Below, in pieces: positions 24,755 through 37,201 of a stretch of 60,112 nt of DNA. The notes beneath the pieces were generated by a model. It saw nothing but the letters and a program-made list of their open reading frames with translations. It did no database searches and was not told the DNA's origin. The position numbers and the translations under genes were made by a program. The stretch's first letter is position 1; every line of letters begins with the position of its first letter. The stretch is taken from NCBI RefSeq assembly GCF_004010195.1, contig NC_057719.1, positions 95,300,498-95,360,609 of the forward strand. Direction: 5' to 3'. This DNA comes from Chiloscyllium plagiosum (lineage: Eukaryota).

Positions 24755-25852
24755 TGATGGGTAAGTTACATGAGAAAGTTCTGAGATAAGATATACATGC
24801 ATTTGGGAAGACAGAGTTTGATTAGGAATAGACAGCATAACTTTGTGCATGGGAGATCATGTCTCACAAATTTGTTAGAGTTCTTTGATGAAGTGACCAG
24901 GAAGGTTAATGATGGCAGGGCAGTAGACATAGTCTGTATGGATTTCAGGAAGGCCTTTGACAAGGTTCACATGGTAGGCTGCTCTGGAAGTTTAAATCCC
25001 ATTGGATTCCAGGGGGAGCTGGCAAATTGGATGCACAATTGGCTTGATGGTAGAAAGCAGAGGGTAATAGTGGAAGGATGATTGTTGGACTGGAGGCGTG
25101 TGACTAATGGAGTGCCTCAGGGGTCGGTGCTGGGTCCATTACTGTTTGTTATCAATGATTTGGATGAGAATGTACAAGGCATGATTAGTAAGTTGGAAAT
25201 GTGTTGCTGGAAAGTGAAGAAGGCTTTTGGCACACTGGCCTTCATCAGTCAGGGCATTGAGTATAGATGTTGGGAAGTCATGTTGCAGTTGTACAGGACA
25301 TTGGTGAGGCCACACTTGGAGCATTGTGTTCAGTTTTGGTCACCTTACTATAGGAAACTGGAAAGAGTGCAGATGAAATTTACAAGGATGTTGCCAGGAC
25401 TCAACAGTCTGAGTTATAAGGAGATACTGGACAAGCTAGGACTTTTTCTTTAGAGTGTAGGAGACTGAGGGGGGATCTTAAAGAAGTGACTAAGATCGTG
25501 AGAGGCATGGATAGGGTGAATGCACTCAGTCTTTTTCCCAAAGTTGGAGAATTGAGGACTAGAGGGGCATCAGTTTAAGGTTAGAGGGGAAAGAATAAAA
25601 GGGAACCTGAGGGGCAACTTTTTTACACAGAGGATGACATGCATATAGAATGAGCTGCCAGTGGAAATGGTTGAAGTGGGTACATTAACAATGTTTAAAA
25701 GGCATATGGACAAATACATGGATAGGAAGGTTTAGAAGAATATGGGCCGTGCAGGGAAATGGGGTTAGTGTGGATGGATATTTTGGTTGGCATGGACCAG
25801 TTTGGGCTGAAGAGTCTGTCTCTGTGCTGTAGGACTCTATGACTCTATGACC
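24755..25852 (+). mobile_element. CR1 LINE RT and 3' end with an internal deletion
   Basis: QHNFVHGRSCLTNL, MDFRKAFDKV, GVPQGSVLGPLLF and LVRPHLEHCVQFWSP motifs; (ctatgact)n tail at about 25835-25850. Confidence 0.9.
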
Positions 25853-26134
25853 CCTAGAACTCTATCTAAAATCTGTACTATTCTGCCATTGAAAACAGTT
25901 TTGGCTTTTTCACTTTATCAAATGCATTTATGATTTTGAACATTAATATCGAATGTTCTTTTTTCAAAGAAGGACAATTACAGATTCTTCAATCTCACTG
26001 TGTAATTAGAGTCCTTTGTGTGTGGTAGCATCATTGTAAAACTCTTCTGCATGATCCCTAAGACTTTGACATCCTTCCTAAAGTGCAATGTCCAGAATTG
26101 AACATTTGCATTTTTGTTCCCTCTTTCCTTTTAT

Positions 26135-26480
26135 TTCTTGTTTGGGATGTGGGGCTCACTGTCAAGTCCCGCATTTATTGCCAATCCCTCAGTGACCTTG
26201 AACTGATTAAAATGGCCTCTACAGCCAGAGGGCAGTAAAGAGGCAATCACATTGTTGTGTGGCTGAAGCGATTTGTGGGCCAGACCAAATCAGGACAGTA
26301 CATTTCCTTTGAAAAGGACGTTAGTGAACCAGATGGGTTTTACAACAATCGACACAGGGTTGCCATTAGATGAATTTCTAATTTGAGAACTTTAAAAACA
26401 AAATCAAAATCATGTCCTTAGAACATCTGCCTGGGACTATGGTTTATTAATTCAATGACAATGCCACTACTGACATCCAC
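26135..26480 (-). mobile_element. Old copy of the tRNA-derived SINE family
   Basis: gcatttattgcc...ggccagacc...aaggacgttagtgaaccagatgggtttt. Confidence 0.6.
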
Positions 26481-26499
26481 CTATACTTTTATAAAGATT

Positions 26500-27035
26500 T
26501 GAGACTTCCTCAGAAAGCTTAAAAGAATTCAGCATGTTCACAATAACGGTTGCCGATTTTTATAGATGCACCATAGAAAGCATCCAATTGGATGCATCAC
26601 AGTTTGGTCTGGCAACTGCACTAGCCAAGGCCATAAGGAATTACAGGGAGAGTTCTGAACGCAGCCCAGCCCATTATGAAAACCAGCCTTCCTTCCATTG
26701 ACTCAGTCTAGACGTCCTGCTGCCTTGAGAAAGCACCTGACAGAATCAAAGTCCCCTCCCATCCCAGTTATATTCTCTTCCATCCTCTTCCATTCAGCAG
26801 CTAATACAAAAGTTTGAAAACACGCACCAACAGATTTAAGAATAACTTCTTCAGAATTATGAATGGACCTCTCATATATATTAGAGTTAAGCTTTTTCAG
26901 CACCTTCTCTGTAGCTGTAACACTATATTCTGCATTCTGTTCCATTACCCTGATGTACTTATGTAAGGTATGATTGTCTGGTTATCATGTAAAACAATAC
27001 TTTTCATTGTATCTTGGTACATGTGACAAATCAAC
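26500..27035 (+). mobile_element. Rex1/Babar LINE 3' fragment
   Basis: FLRKLK.F...FYRCTIESI..GCITVWSGNC and an RTNRFKNNFF motif; tail ttttcattgtatcttggtacatgtgacaa. Confidence 0.8.
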
Positions 27036-29069
27036 TAAACTTTCTTCTTTCATTGCTCTATTCCACTATTAATAAAGCCAAAGGACCCCATCTAGTTATT
27101 TTTAAAAATCTCTTGATTTGCCCTTCAAAGGTTTGTTGCTCATTGAAACTATCATTTCTCCTCGTTCTTCAGATCAAAATGCATTAACCAATATTTCCTC
27201 TACTCTAATGTGGCGGCCTTTTTATTCAATCTGTGTTCTCTTAAAGTCTGTTACAATTTTCCACATTGCTTAAAATGACTTTTATATTGCCTGAAAATTT
27301 GAACTTATGTCCTTTCTAGCCAAACCTCAGTCATTAATATAAAGGCCATGTCCTAATGAATCTTTATACTGACCAATTTAGTTCATGTTCTTTAGGAAAG
27401 GTCATCTCAGGTTTGGAATAATGTTTCTTCCTTCTTTCAAAATTATGATAGTATATTTTGTTATGAATTTAATTTAAAAATGCATTTGATAAATTTTAAA
27501 ACATTGAATGTCACGAGCAAGAAATACGCATCTCTGTTCACTGAAAAAAAATAATGTGAATGCAGATTTATTTTACCTAATGCATATGTTCAAAATTAAT
27601 ATAAACGCTTATATGATTGTGGTTTGCTGCACATATCCTGACATGAAAACAAAAGTACTTTAACAAATAACATGAAGCCAAAACAAATTTTTGTGGATAC
27701 AAAACTACAGGACAAAATAGCCAGAAAGTTGATGGTCAAATTGAGTTTGTAATGCACCTTTACATTCCTGGGGTTTAGGTCATAACTCGGATTGGAGCAC
27801 TCAAGTGAACACTGTCACCAGCTTTTGTCTGTAAAGATTTTAATGGAAATGAGTTAAAGCTGTCTCGATTCTGCTGTTGTTGCTCTTTTTTTTTAAAACA
27901 GCCTGTTTAGAAATGTTATTACATACCACAAAAGCAGGTGGGACTTGAGCCCAGGCCTCCCAGAGTGGGAAAGCTCAAACAAACCAATATAAAACCCGTA
28001 TGGAACATAGACAGGATTTACTGGTGCATACAGGTTTTGAGTTCATACTGGAGATAACCACAGGATTGGGCACTCTGTTGGACTGTAGTTTACTTAACCA
28101 TTCAGCATAGACCCTGATGACTCTGCACTAAAGCCGATACTGTTTCTGAGTATCATTGTGTGTGCTGATGTATAAAATCCCTTGAAGGATTATGTTCCTT
28201 ATCCGATGTCTTTATTTAAAGTTCCTGCCCACCCTGACTCATTGTCCTCAATCCCTGTCTGCACTGCTCTCAACCCTCACAGCCCCTCACACTGCACTCC
28301 CCAACCTCACAATTCATCCTAATGTCCAAATCCAAATACCTACATTCACAATCTGTCCCCCAGATTACCAATACACACAACTCAACTCCCTCACTAACCT
28401 CACCATTCCCTCACCACTCCTCCTGCACAAGCTCCACCCCCACCCTCACTGCTCCCTTAGCCCCCAGTCCCCATTGTCTTCACTCCCACCTTTGACCCCA
28501 CCCACCTTCGCTAGTCCATATACTCAGTTTATGTTTTCACAGCTCCACCCCAACCTCTATTCTCACCTCATTAACAAGAAGCATAAGTTCTTTATAAAAA
28601 TGGAAGGGTCACCACACCCAAAATGTTACCTCTGATTTCTCTTCACAGATGCTGCGTGACCTGCTGAGCTTTTCTAGCCACTTCTGGTTTTGTTTCTGAT
28701 TTGCAACATCCACAGTTCTTCCAGTTTTTATCTGAGTTCAATGTTCATTGTGGTGTTTTTCATGGTGTTACAGAATGAAGAGAAGACCAATCGGATACAA
28801 GCATGGAAGGGGAAGACACCAAAGGATGAGTACCTTACCTGCAGCATATCCTTTTAGAGTCCCAGAGAAGAAAATAATTACCTTTGTAGCAACTCAGCTT
28901 TTATTGTGACTTGGTAGACTGGGACAAATGTTGAGAAAGATCATGTCAACATTTGTTTGCCTCCATTGCAGCATGTTAAATGGAGGGGGAGCTGTTTAAA
29001 TGGCTGTTCAGTAGGGATCCTGGAGAGAGACAAACAGAGATATTAAGAAATACAGAGAAAGTGGGAAGA

Positions 29070-29451
29070 ACATACATACATACATACATACAAACATACA
29101 TACATACAAACATACATGCATACAAACATACATACAAACATACATACATACATACAAACATACATACAAACATACATGCATACAAACAAACATACATACA
29201 TACATACAAACATACATACATACAAACATACATACATACATACAAACATACATGCATACAAACATACATACATACATACATACAAACATACATACAAACA
29301 TACATGCATACAAACAAACATACATACATACATACAAACAAACATACATACATACATACATACAAACATACATGCATACAAACATACATACATACAAGCA
29401 TACATACATACAAACATACATACATACAAACATACATACATACATACAAAC
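29070..29451. repeat. (ACAT)n tetranucleotide microsatellite with ACAA and GCAT variants
   Basis: About 380 bp of catacata/caaacata; it is the source of the spurious MYVC and HTYI ORFs. Confidence 0.97.
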
Positions 29452-30202
29452 AGATAAGGAGTGAATTAACTTCTGGAGTTTATCTACTATCTGTGAGTGG
29501 ACACTTGAAATGAACACATGCAAAGCAGGCCGCTGCTGAAGTTTCTGCTTCCAATTTACAATGCTACAATGGGAGCAAAGATAATTAGACACAAATTGAC
29601 CTGGTCTGCTGAGGCACAATATAAGGCTGGACTTTTATGGAGAGTACGTGTGTTTCCTTGCCCACCTTAATACCTGAACGCATTGTAAAACTGAGGTAGA
29701 ATGTTGCAGCAATGCAGAGACAGATCTACACAAATGGCACATGGTCAATGGTACCTCACCTCAGGCCCGAAAACGTTCAATCCCTTGTTAAAAGAACAAG
29801 CATGGCTACGCAGGCAGCACCCAATGCAGAGCCCGGGGTGACCATCTACAGCTACCGCCAAGGAGACCCACTTGGCGGATGCAGCAGAAGATGCCTGTGT
29901 TTTGGGAGGGTGGGGCTGTGTGAATGAACTGGTTGTAGTGGCAGGAGAAGCAACTAGGGGTTCACCCAGATCAAAGGGAAGGAAGTCTTCATGCAGAAGG
30001 TGAAGGCCTCTGAAATACGATTTCTTATTTCAGGTCAGACGCGACATCTGGGTAAGATGAGAATGAAGAACTTCTGTATTTACATTTTTGCATGTAGAGA
30101 GTAGGTTTGTGCAGCACAGCGGAGATCGAGCCAGTGCAGGGAGAGAGGACCCAACATCTGTTGCCAAGGTGACAGCAGGCAGCCTGAGGTATCTATGGTG
30201 AT

Positions 30203-30978
30203 TAGAGTGGTGTTGGAAAAGCCCAGCAGGTCAGGCAGCATCAGAGGAGCAGGAAAATCGACGTTTTGGGCAAAAGCCCTTCATCAGGAATGAGGCGGGG
30301 AGCCTCTGGGCTGGAGAGAATAATGTTCAGCCATGGGACAGTGGGGTTGATTGGTTCGAGTGTCCCAGAGATGTTTCTTAAAGTGTTCTTCTCGCAGAGT
30401 GCTTGAGGGAACATCTTTGGGACACCCGCACCAATCTACCCCACCACCTTGTGGCCCAACATTTCAACTCTCCCTCCCACTCTGCCGAGGACATGCAGGT
30501 CCTGGGCCTCCTCCACCTCCACTTCCTCACCACCTGATGCCTGGAGGAAGAACGCCTCATCTTCTGCCTCAGAACACTTCAACCCTAGGGCATCAATGTG
30601 GACTTCACCAGTTTGTTCATTTCCCCTCCCTCCCACCTTACCCAGTTCCAACCTGCCAGCTCAGCACCATCCTCATGACCTGTCCAACATGCCAATCTGC
30701 CTTCCCACCTATCTCCTCCGCCCTCCTCTCTGACCTATCACCTCCATCCCCACCTCCATCCACCTATTGCACTCTTAGATAGTTTCTCCCCAGCCCCACC
30801 CACCCCTCCCATTTATCTCTCCACCCTGGAGGCTCCCAGCCTCACTCCTGATGAAGGGCTTTTGCCTGAAATGTCGATTTTCCTGCCCCTCGGATGCTGC
30901 TTGACTGGCTGTGCTTTTCCAGCACCACTCTGATCTTGACTCTGATCTCCAGCATCTGCAGTACCCACTTTCGCCTCA
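30203..30978 (+). mobile_element. PLE family B (Neptune-like) 3' fragment: GIY-YIG C-terminus, 3' terminal repeat and an inverted repeat copy at the 5' end
   Basis: Translation REHLWDTR...VAQHFNSPSHSAEDMQVLGL...EEERLIFCLRTLQP*GINVDF. Hammerhead at 30848-30875(+), mutated copy at 30260-30287(-). 13-bp TSD tatc(t/c)atggtgat at 30190-30202 and 30979-30991. Confidence 0.88.
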
Positions 30979-32070
30979 TATCCATGGTGATGTCAATCAC
31001 AGGGAGAGGGATCTAGCAAGTGGACAAGATGCCCATTGTTGTAGAGGAGCCCAATGCAGAAGAGATCAAGCCCTTAAGAAGGACTGTAATGTTGAATTTT
31101 TAACCTTATTTATTTATTTTTCGACTTTGTACCTGAGATGGTGCTAGGGACAGTGACTTTGCAAACTTTTCACTGTATTTCTGTATCCTCTGAGTATATA
31201 AAACAATAAATCCTAATCCCAATCCTAATCTAATTCTGTTTCAGGGCTACTACCAATGTACCAGAGGAACCTGTTCATATTGTTTATGAATCAAGAGCTC
31301 AATTAACACCACCCTCCCCTAAGGTTTTGCTAATTAATAGTAATCTGCCAATCAGAGGACAATGAAAAAGGACTTGTGTTTGGAGTTTCAGAGGTACAGT
31401 GGAAAGCATCGTCTTTCGATTGGCCTAAGACTGGCATGTTTGATACTGATGATGGGTGCTCACAGTATTGTTATTTTCCAGTCTCTGGCATGGACCTACT
31501 TCCACCTGATGATCATTAGAACAGCAGAGAATAGTAATTGCTTTCTGCGATATCTGTACATCCTTGATCACCTTGCCTCAAGAGGGATGGCCATGCAGTG
31601 GAAGTAGTTCAGAGAAAGTTCTGTAAACTGACTCCTGGGATGAGGGCTTATCTTTGTAAAGAAAGGTTGAGCAGGTTAAGCTTTTATTTATTGCAGTTTG
31701 GAAGGAAGAGTGTGAAACATCCTGAAAGGTATAAGATCCTGAGGGGGCTTGACAGGGTAAATGCTGTAAGGAAGTTTCCTTTCCCCAAAATGAATCTGGA
31801 GTGAGGGTGTGAAATGGGTTGTGTTGTAGAACAGAAGACCTACAGGTTCAGGTATATAATTCTTTGAAGTTTGCATCACATGAAGAGAGAGTGGTTAAGG
31901 CAGTGTTTAGCACACTTGCCTTCATTGCTCAGATCTTTAAGTACATGAGTTGGGATGTCATGGTGAGGTTGTACAGGTTGTTGGTGAGGCCTCTTCTGGA
32001 GTACTGTGTGCAGCTCTGGTCACCCTGTTATAGGAAGGGGATTATTAAACTGGAGAGGTCTCAGAAAAGA

Positions 32071-32166
32071 CTCTGTGGAGAGTCACTTGACTTGAACTGT
32101 TAACTCTCATTTCTCTCCACAGATCTGCCAGACCAACTGAAGTTTCCAGCAATTTCTGCCTTTGTT
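32071..32166 (+). mobile_element. PLE family D micro-insert inside CR1
   Basis: 10-bp TSD tcagaaaaga at 32061-32070 and 32167-32176; degenerate core ctgtgga gagtc-actt-gactt gaactgtta. Confidence 0.7.
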
Positions 32167-32569
32167 TCAGAAAAGATTTACCAAGATGTTTCGTGGGAAT
32201 GGGGTGTTTGTGTTATAAACCAAGGCTGGATTAGGCTGGGAGTTCTTTCACCATGGCATAGGATGTTGAGGATTGACGTTTTAGAAGTTTATAAAATCAT
32301 GTGGGGCATAGCTAAGGTGAGTGACAGGATCTGTTCAATAGGGTGGTGGAGTTCAATGCTCGGGTATGTATTTTTTAGATGAGAGGAGAAAGATTTAAAA
32401 ATTATGAGAGGTAACTTATTTACACAGAGAGTGGTTCATGTATGGAATGAGCTGCCAGAGGAAGTGGTGGGGGCAAGAAGATTTACAACATTTAAGTGTC
32501 TTTTGGATAAGTACCTGAACAGGAAAGGTTTGGAGGGATATGAGCCAAATACAGGCAGGTGGGACCAGT

Positions 32570-32787
32570 TTGGTATGGGAACATTGTTGGTATGGGAACA
32601 TGGTTGGTATGGGAACATGCTTGGTATGGGAACATGGTTGGTATGGGAACATGCTTGGTATGGACTAGTTGTTGTTATGGGAACATTTCGGGATGGATGG
32701 GAACATGGTTGGTATGGGAACATGGTTGGTATGGGAACATGCTTGGTATGGGAACATGGTTGGTATGGGAACATGGTTGGTATGGAC
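32570..32787 (+). repeat. 17-bp minisatellite (tggtatgggaacatggt/gct) inside a CR1 3'UTR
   Basis: About 12 tandem units, some degenerate. Confidence 0.92.
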
Positions 32788-33850
32788 TAGTTGGACTGAA
32801 GAGTCTGTTTCCTGCTGTATGATTCTATGACTTTATGACTCTATGAGGAGATATGGAGTCATTTCATAGTTTGCAGTATCTGCTAAACATATTGTAATCT
32901 GGAGATCTGATTTATTTCTTTGAACTCCTCTGTCGGTTCTCAACAGGTTATAAAAGAAGAACTGCACAACTGGCTTTCCACTCATCTCAGTAGTAAAGTT
33001 CAAAGTAATTTAGTCTCATATCGGAGTATCCAATTAGAGTGAAACTTGAAAAGATTCAGTGCTTCAGTACCTTGTCTATCTGTACGTATAACTGAAGACT
33101 GATGTCTTTAAAATCTGATCGTCATAAGTGAGATTAGATGAAATGTTACACCATCACAAAGACAAATCTAGGCATTGAATTTTGGGTTTTTCTGACACTT
33201 GGAACATTAATTCTTTTTATTAAAGTATCATTATAAGACATCACTCAATGTTCTGTAGGCACAGTTGTACAGTATGAGTCTAACTGCATAATGCTTCATT
33301 ATTACTCCATTATTACTCCATTTTGTTTGATTATATTTGGAGCCAATCTTTTTTTCCTGGAACAAGAGAATTGTCTGGAGTCTGCCTATGGCTTAGATCG
33401 ACTCACTTATCTCTGACTGAGTGTGAGTATAATTCACTCCAAATGCTAAGTTAATGAAAAATCTGCATAAGATGTACTTATTTTTGGGATTAGTGTTTTC
33501 AGTATACTTTAATGACGTAATTAGTATTTAACTGTTTAGCAGTTTAATGTTTTCTTAATATGCATCCATGAATGTTACAACTGACCGGCAATTAATCTAT
33601 TTCAAATGCAGCCCTCTGTCAGCTGCTACAAGATATGTTACCAACTCTAATAGTGACACTACTTACAATTTTTGATGCTTATCCAACTAAACAGCAAGAT
33701 GCCCGCTCCTCCCAGAAGATGCCAAGAATGTATCCTCTGCGAGTAGGAGGCTTCAGCCCATGTCTCTACACACTATGATGCTATCTGCTCAACATGGACT
33801 GTCATTGTGCTGTGACTTTACAGCAGCTTTCAATTTCATTCATGAAGTAT

Positions 33851-34460
33851 AAAGTGAAAAATCCCCCAACACCAGGTTATAATCCAACAGGTTTATTTGG
33901 AAGCACTAGCTTTCAGAGCGCTGCCCCTTCATCAGTTGGTTGTGGAGAATAAGATTATAAGACACAGAATTTATAGCAAAAGTTTACAGTGTGACGTAAC
34001 TGAAATTATATTGAAAAAGACCGGAATTGTTTAAGTGTCTCATTTTTTAGAATGACCATGTTGGTTTCAGTTCTTTCATATGTAAATCACAAAACATTTT
34101 TTTAAAAAATACATTCTCAAGTGAACTTGAACAATTGGTGTCATGTCGGCCCAGATAATGTATTAAAGGTGTGAGCTGCCCTATGTGAGGCTGTCTGTGC
34201 CCAATGGTCAGACTGATGCTAATCTAAAAAATAGATTTACAGAACCTTACATGGATTCATTCAGTTTTTGAGCAAAATAAATGACAATTCTGCAAGTACA
34301 AATTCACCCCACAAACCTATATGTGTATGTGGGTTTGGTGGGGGTTATGAGTGTCTGTGAGAGGGTGTATGTATTTGTGTGAGTGTGAGTATAAAGGCTT
34401 TAAGTCTGTGAGAGTGTGTGTGTGAGTGTACGTGAGAGGGTCTGAGTGTGCCTGTTGTGT
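33851..34460 (-). mobile_element. PLE family C 3'UTR and terminal repeat (hammerhead-like core at 33907-33935)
   Basis: aacaccaggttataatccaacaggttt...tagctttc...ttcatcag, homologous to 14124-14360 and to the reverse complement of 46420-47056. Confidence 0.8.
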
Positions 34461-34461
34461 T

Positions 34462-34580
34462 TGATTAGATTTTTAGATTCGCTACAGTGTGGAAACAGGC
34501 CCTTCGGCCCAACAGGTCCATACTGACCCTCCAAAGAGTAACCCACCCAAACCCCTTTTCCCTCTGACTAATGCACCTAA
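34462..34580 (-). mobile_element. HE1 SINE 3' end
   Basis: acagtgtggaaacaggcccttcggcccaac...ctgactaatgcacctaa. Confidence 0.75.
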
Positions 34581-34581
34581 T

Positions 34582-34796
34582 TCTGGATTAGTGGTGCTGG
34601 AAGAGCACAGCAATTCAGGCAGCATCCGAGGACAGGCAAAATCCGAGGACAGGCAAAATCAACGTTTCGGGCAAAAGCCCTTCATCAGGAATAAAGCTTT
34701 ATTCCTGATGAAGGGCTTTTGCCCGAAACGTCGATGTTCCTGCTCCTCGGATGCTGCCTGACTTGCTGTGTTTTTCCAGCCCCACTCTGATCCAGA
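34582..34796. mobile_element. PLE family B palindrome with two divergently oriented hammerheads
   Basis: Perfect centre ggaataaagctttattcc (dyad at 34696/34697). Cores at 34661-34688(-) and 34705-34732(+), both CUGAUGA agggcuuuugccc GAAACGU(U/C). Confidence 0.88.
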
Positions 34797-35109
34797 ATCC
34801 CCCCCGTTCTTATTTGTTCCGTCATCCTTTCCACATTGATGAAAAAAAAGGCTCCTATCGGTTCCACCTTTTCTTCAATCACCATTTTACTAGTTGATAT
34901 CTTAATACAAATACATTGGCTTTCCCTTTATACTTCCGCTTATTTATTTCTCATAGAGTCTTTTAGTTTTCTTTTATTTGCGGATTCAGTTTCCTGAACT
35001 TTCTCTCATTCCTGAACTTCTTAACTCTCATTGAATTATCATGTTCCATTTTTCTGTTTAATCTCTATTTGATGCTCCTCATAGTGAGACTTTGCAGAAT
35101 TTTTCAGGA

Positions 35110-35520
35110 ATGGGAAATGAGAGAATTTAGCTACAAGGTTAGGTTAGAGGAAAGGATGTTGTTCTCCTTGGAAGAGAGAAGGTTAAGGACAGAAGATTAT
35201 GACAGGTTTAGAAAAGGTGGACCCCAAGAAACCCTGAGCCCATTAGTTGACAGTAGAAGAACTGAGGATGGAGAGGCGGGGGGCATGTGAGGAAGGGATT
35301 GTTTACACAGTGAGTGATGATGATTTGGAACTTGCTGCCTAGGAGGGTGGTGGAAGTAGACATAATAATGATTTTCAAAAGGACTTTCTTTGGAAACCTG
35401 AAGGTAATAAACTGAAAGATTTATAGGTATAGAATGGAACTGATTAGAATGATCTATAGAGAATGACCATTAATCGGTGGGCTGAATGGCTTTCTTTTAT
35501 GCTAAAATAACAACATGATT
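35110..35520 (+). mobile_element. Old CR1 3' fragment
   Basis: FSYKVRLE...FSLEERRLR, tggaacttgctgcct and a 3'UTR gggctgaatggc. Confidence 0.7.
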
Positions 35521-36591
35521 CAATCAACCATCATCATCCAGAGAACTCTTGCTTTAGAAGGGGATGGAATTGATAGCATTGGTAAGGATTTAATGCCTGT
35601 ATTTTCAAAGGGAATAGTTATAGACTTCCTAATCTTTACGTGGAAAATATTCTGGCTCATTTAAGCCTGATACTAAACATGAGGCCTGTTAATATTGCTA
35701 CAGGAGAGTCTCAGACAATCATGAAGAGTTCAAGCTTAATGTGAGCAGCATGCACATGGAAGCTATTGCCATACTTATCAATGGTGCTGTTGACAGAAAC
35801 ATGGTTAGAAAGATTGGGATGTTAAAATGATGTAAAATGGAAGTGATGAGTACAAGATGTTTTTAATTTTGTTTTTCTGTCATTTATTATCATTAAAGGA
35901 AAAATGAAAATACTAGAAACCTTCAATAAAGTTGAAAATGCTGGAACCGCATGTTATAAAGAGAGGAGTAGAGTCTGTTGTGTTTGATGTGCACCCTTTG
36001 CTTCAAATTGTTTCATAGGTTGGCACCAAGGACACAAGGAAACTCACAATTCTGTAATTACTTGAAAGTAAATTTTAAATTACCCCAGAATTCGATGAAT
36101 GTGATTCATTTAATATTAATGTGCTGTACGCTTTATTCTTTCTTTTAAAACTACAAAGGACCTTTCCCATCTGCATCCAAACTGATGTTTATAGTTCCAA
36201 TAATTAATGCTTTAGACTGAAGTAATCAGCAATGCTCTGTTAAAAGACAATAAAACTACAGGTGCAAATGTTCAAATAGAATAGAGCAGGAAAATAATGT
36301 AAGAACATTGTTATAATCCCAAATGATATTATCGCTGAAATAGTCGGATCTCAGACTGAAATCTGGCTTGATAGATCATATTTTCTTTCCTTGGTTTCAG
36401 TGAGGTAGTTTATCAATGAAACAATGCTGCAGATTTAATTTTAAAAATAAGCAGAAGTTTATTTCAAAAAGAAATTATGGTAAAATAGATTAAACCAAAC
36501 TATTCACATATAGTACAAGTTTATAGATTTCAAAGTATAAAGTATAATCCTACCAATCCTGCTCACAGGAGAAGGGATTCCTTTCTCTACC

Positions 36592-36906
36592 ATGGTGGCA
36601 CAGTGGTTAGCACTGCTGCCTCACAGCGCCAGAGACCCGGGTTCAATTCCCACCTCAGGCGACTGACTGTGTGGAGTTTGCATGTTCTCCCCGTGTCTGC
36701 GTGGGTTTCCTCCGGGTGCTCCGGTTTCCTCCCCCAGGCCACAAAATGTGCAGGTAAGGTGAATTGGCCATGGTAAATTGCCATAGTGTTAGGTGAAGGG
36801 GTAAACCTAGGGTAATGGGTCTGGGTGGGTTGCGCTTTGGCGGGTTGGTGTGGACTTGTTGGGCCGAAGGGCCTGTCTCCACTCTGTAAGTAACCTAATC
36901 TAATCT
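36592..36906 (+). mobile_element. Full-length HE1-type V-SINE
   Basis: A box tggcacagtgg, B box ggttcaattcc, V-domain, CR1-like tail gggccgaagggcctgt and (aatct)n. Confidence 0.9.
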
Positions 36907-37013
36907 GTAGTGTTTAACTCAATGGATGCTTCAGTTCCCAGATTTGGGAATATGATAGCCTCTTGCCTGGTGAGTTTCACATCACTGAGTTTAAATATTC
37001 TCAGCTTCAAATA

Positions 37014-37201
37014 ACCATGATTTGGAGAGGCCGGTGTTGGACTGGGGTGGACAAAGTTAAAAATCACACAACACCAGGTTATAGTCCAACAGGTTTAATT
37101 GGAAGCACACTAGCTTTCAGAGCGACAATCCTTCATCAGGTGATAGTCACCTGATGAAATTAAACCTGTTGGACTATAACCTGGTGTTGTGTGATTTTTA
37201 A
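37014..37201. mobile_element. PLE family C inverted-repeat micro-insert (hammerhead-like core at 37111-37139, minus strand)
   Basis: 9-bp TSD cttcaaata at 37005-37013 and 37202-37210. Hairpin ttcatcaggtgatagtcacctgatgaa; 37054-37100 is inverted at 37158-37204. Confidence 0.82.

Larger units (their letters stand above)
31570..32845 (+). mobile_element. CR1 LINE 3' fragments (two pieces)
   Basis: LVRPLLEYCVQLWSP and RGNLFTQRVVHVWNELP motifs; (ctatgact)-like tail at 32820-32845. Confidence 0.85.

Noticed and set aside
28192..28635. 147-aa Pro/Leu/Thr-rich ORF
   Set aside because: It is C-rich low-complexity sequence ending in a repeat fragment.
28976..29619. Overlapping 113-203 aa ORFs (MYVC/HTYI repeats)
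   Set aside because: These are a microsatellite lacking stop codons, not coding sequence.
32570..32787. CRISPR-like array (also 40374-40474 and 59852-60112)
   Set aside because: The units are head-to-tail with no unique spacers, there are no cas genes, and the DNA is eukaryotic.
36592..36665. tRNA gene
   Set aside because: The A and B boxes continue into a V-domain and LINE tail, so this is a SINE head.
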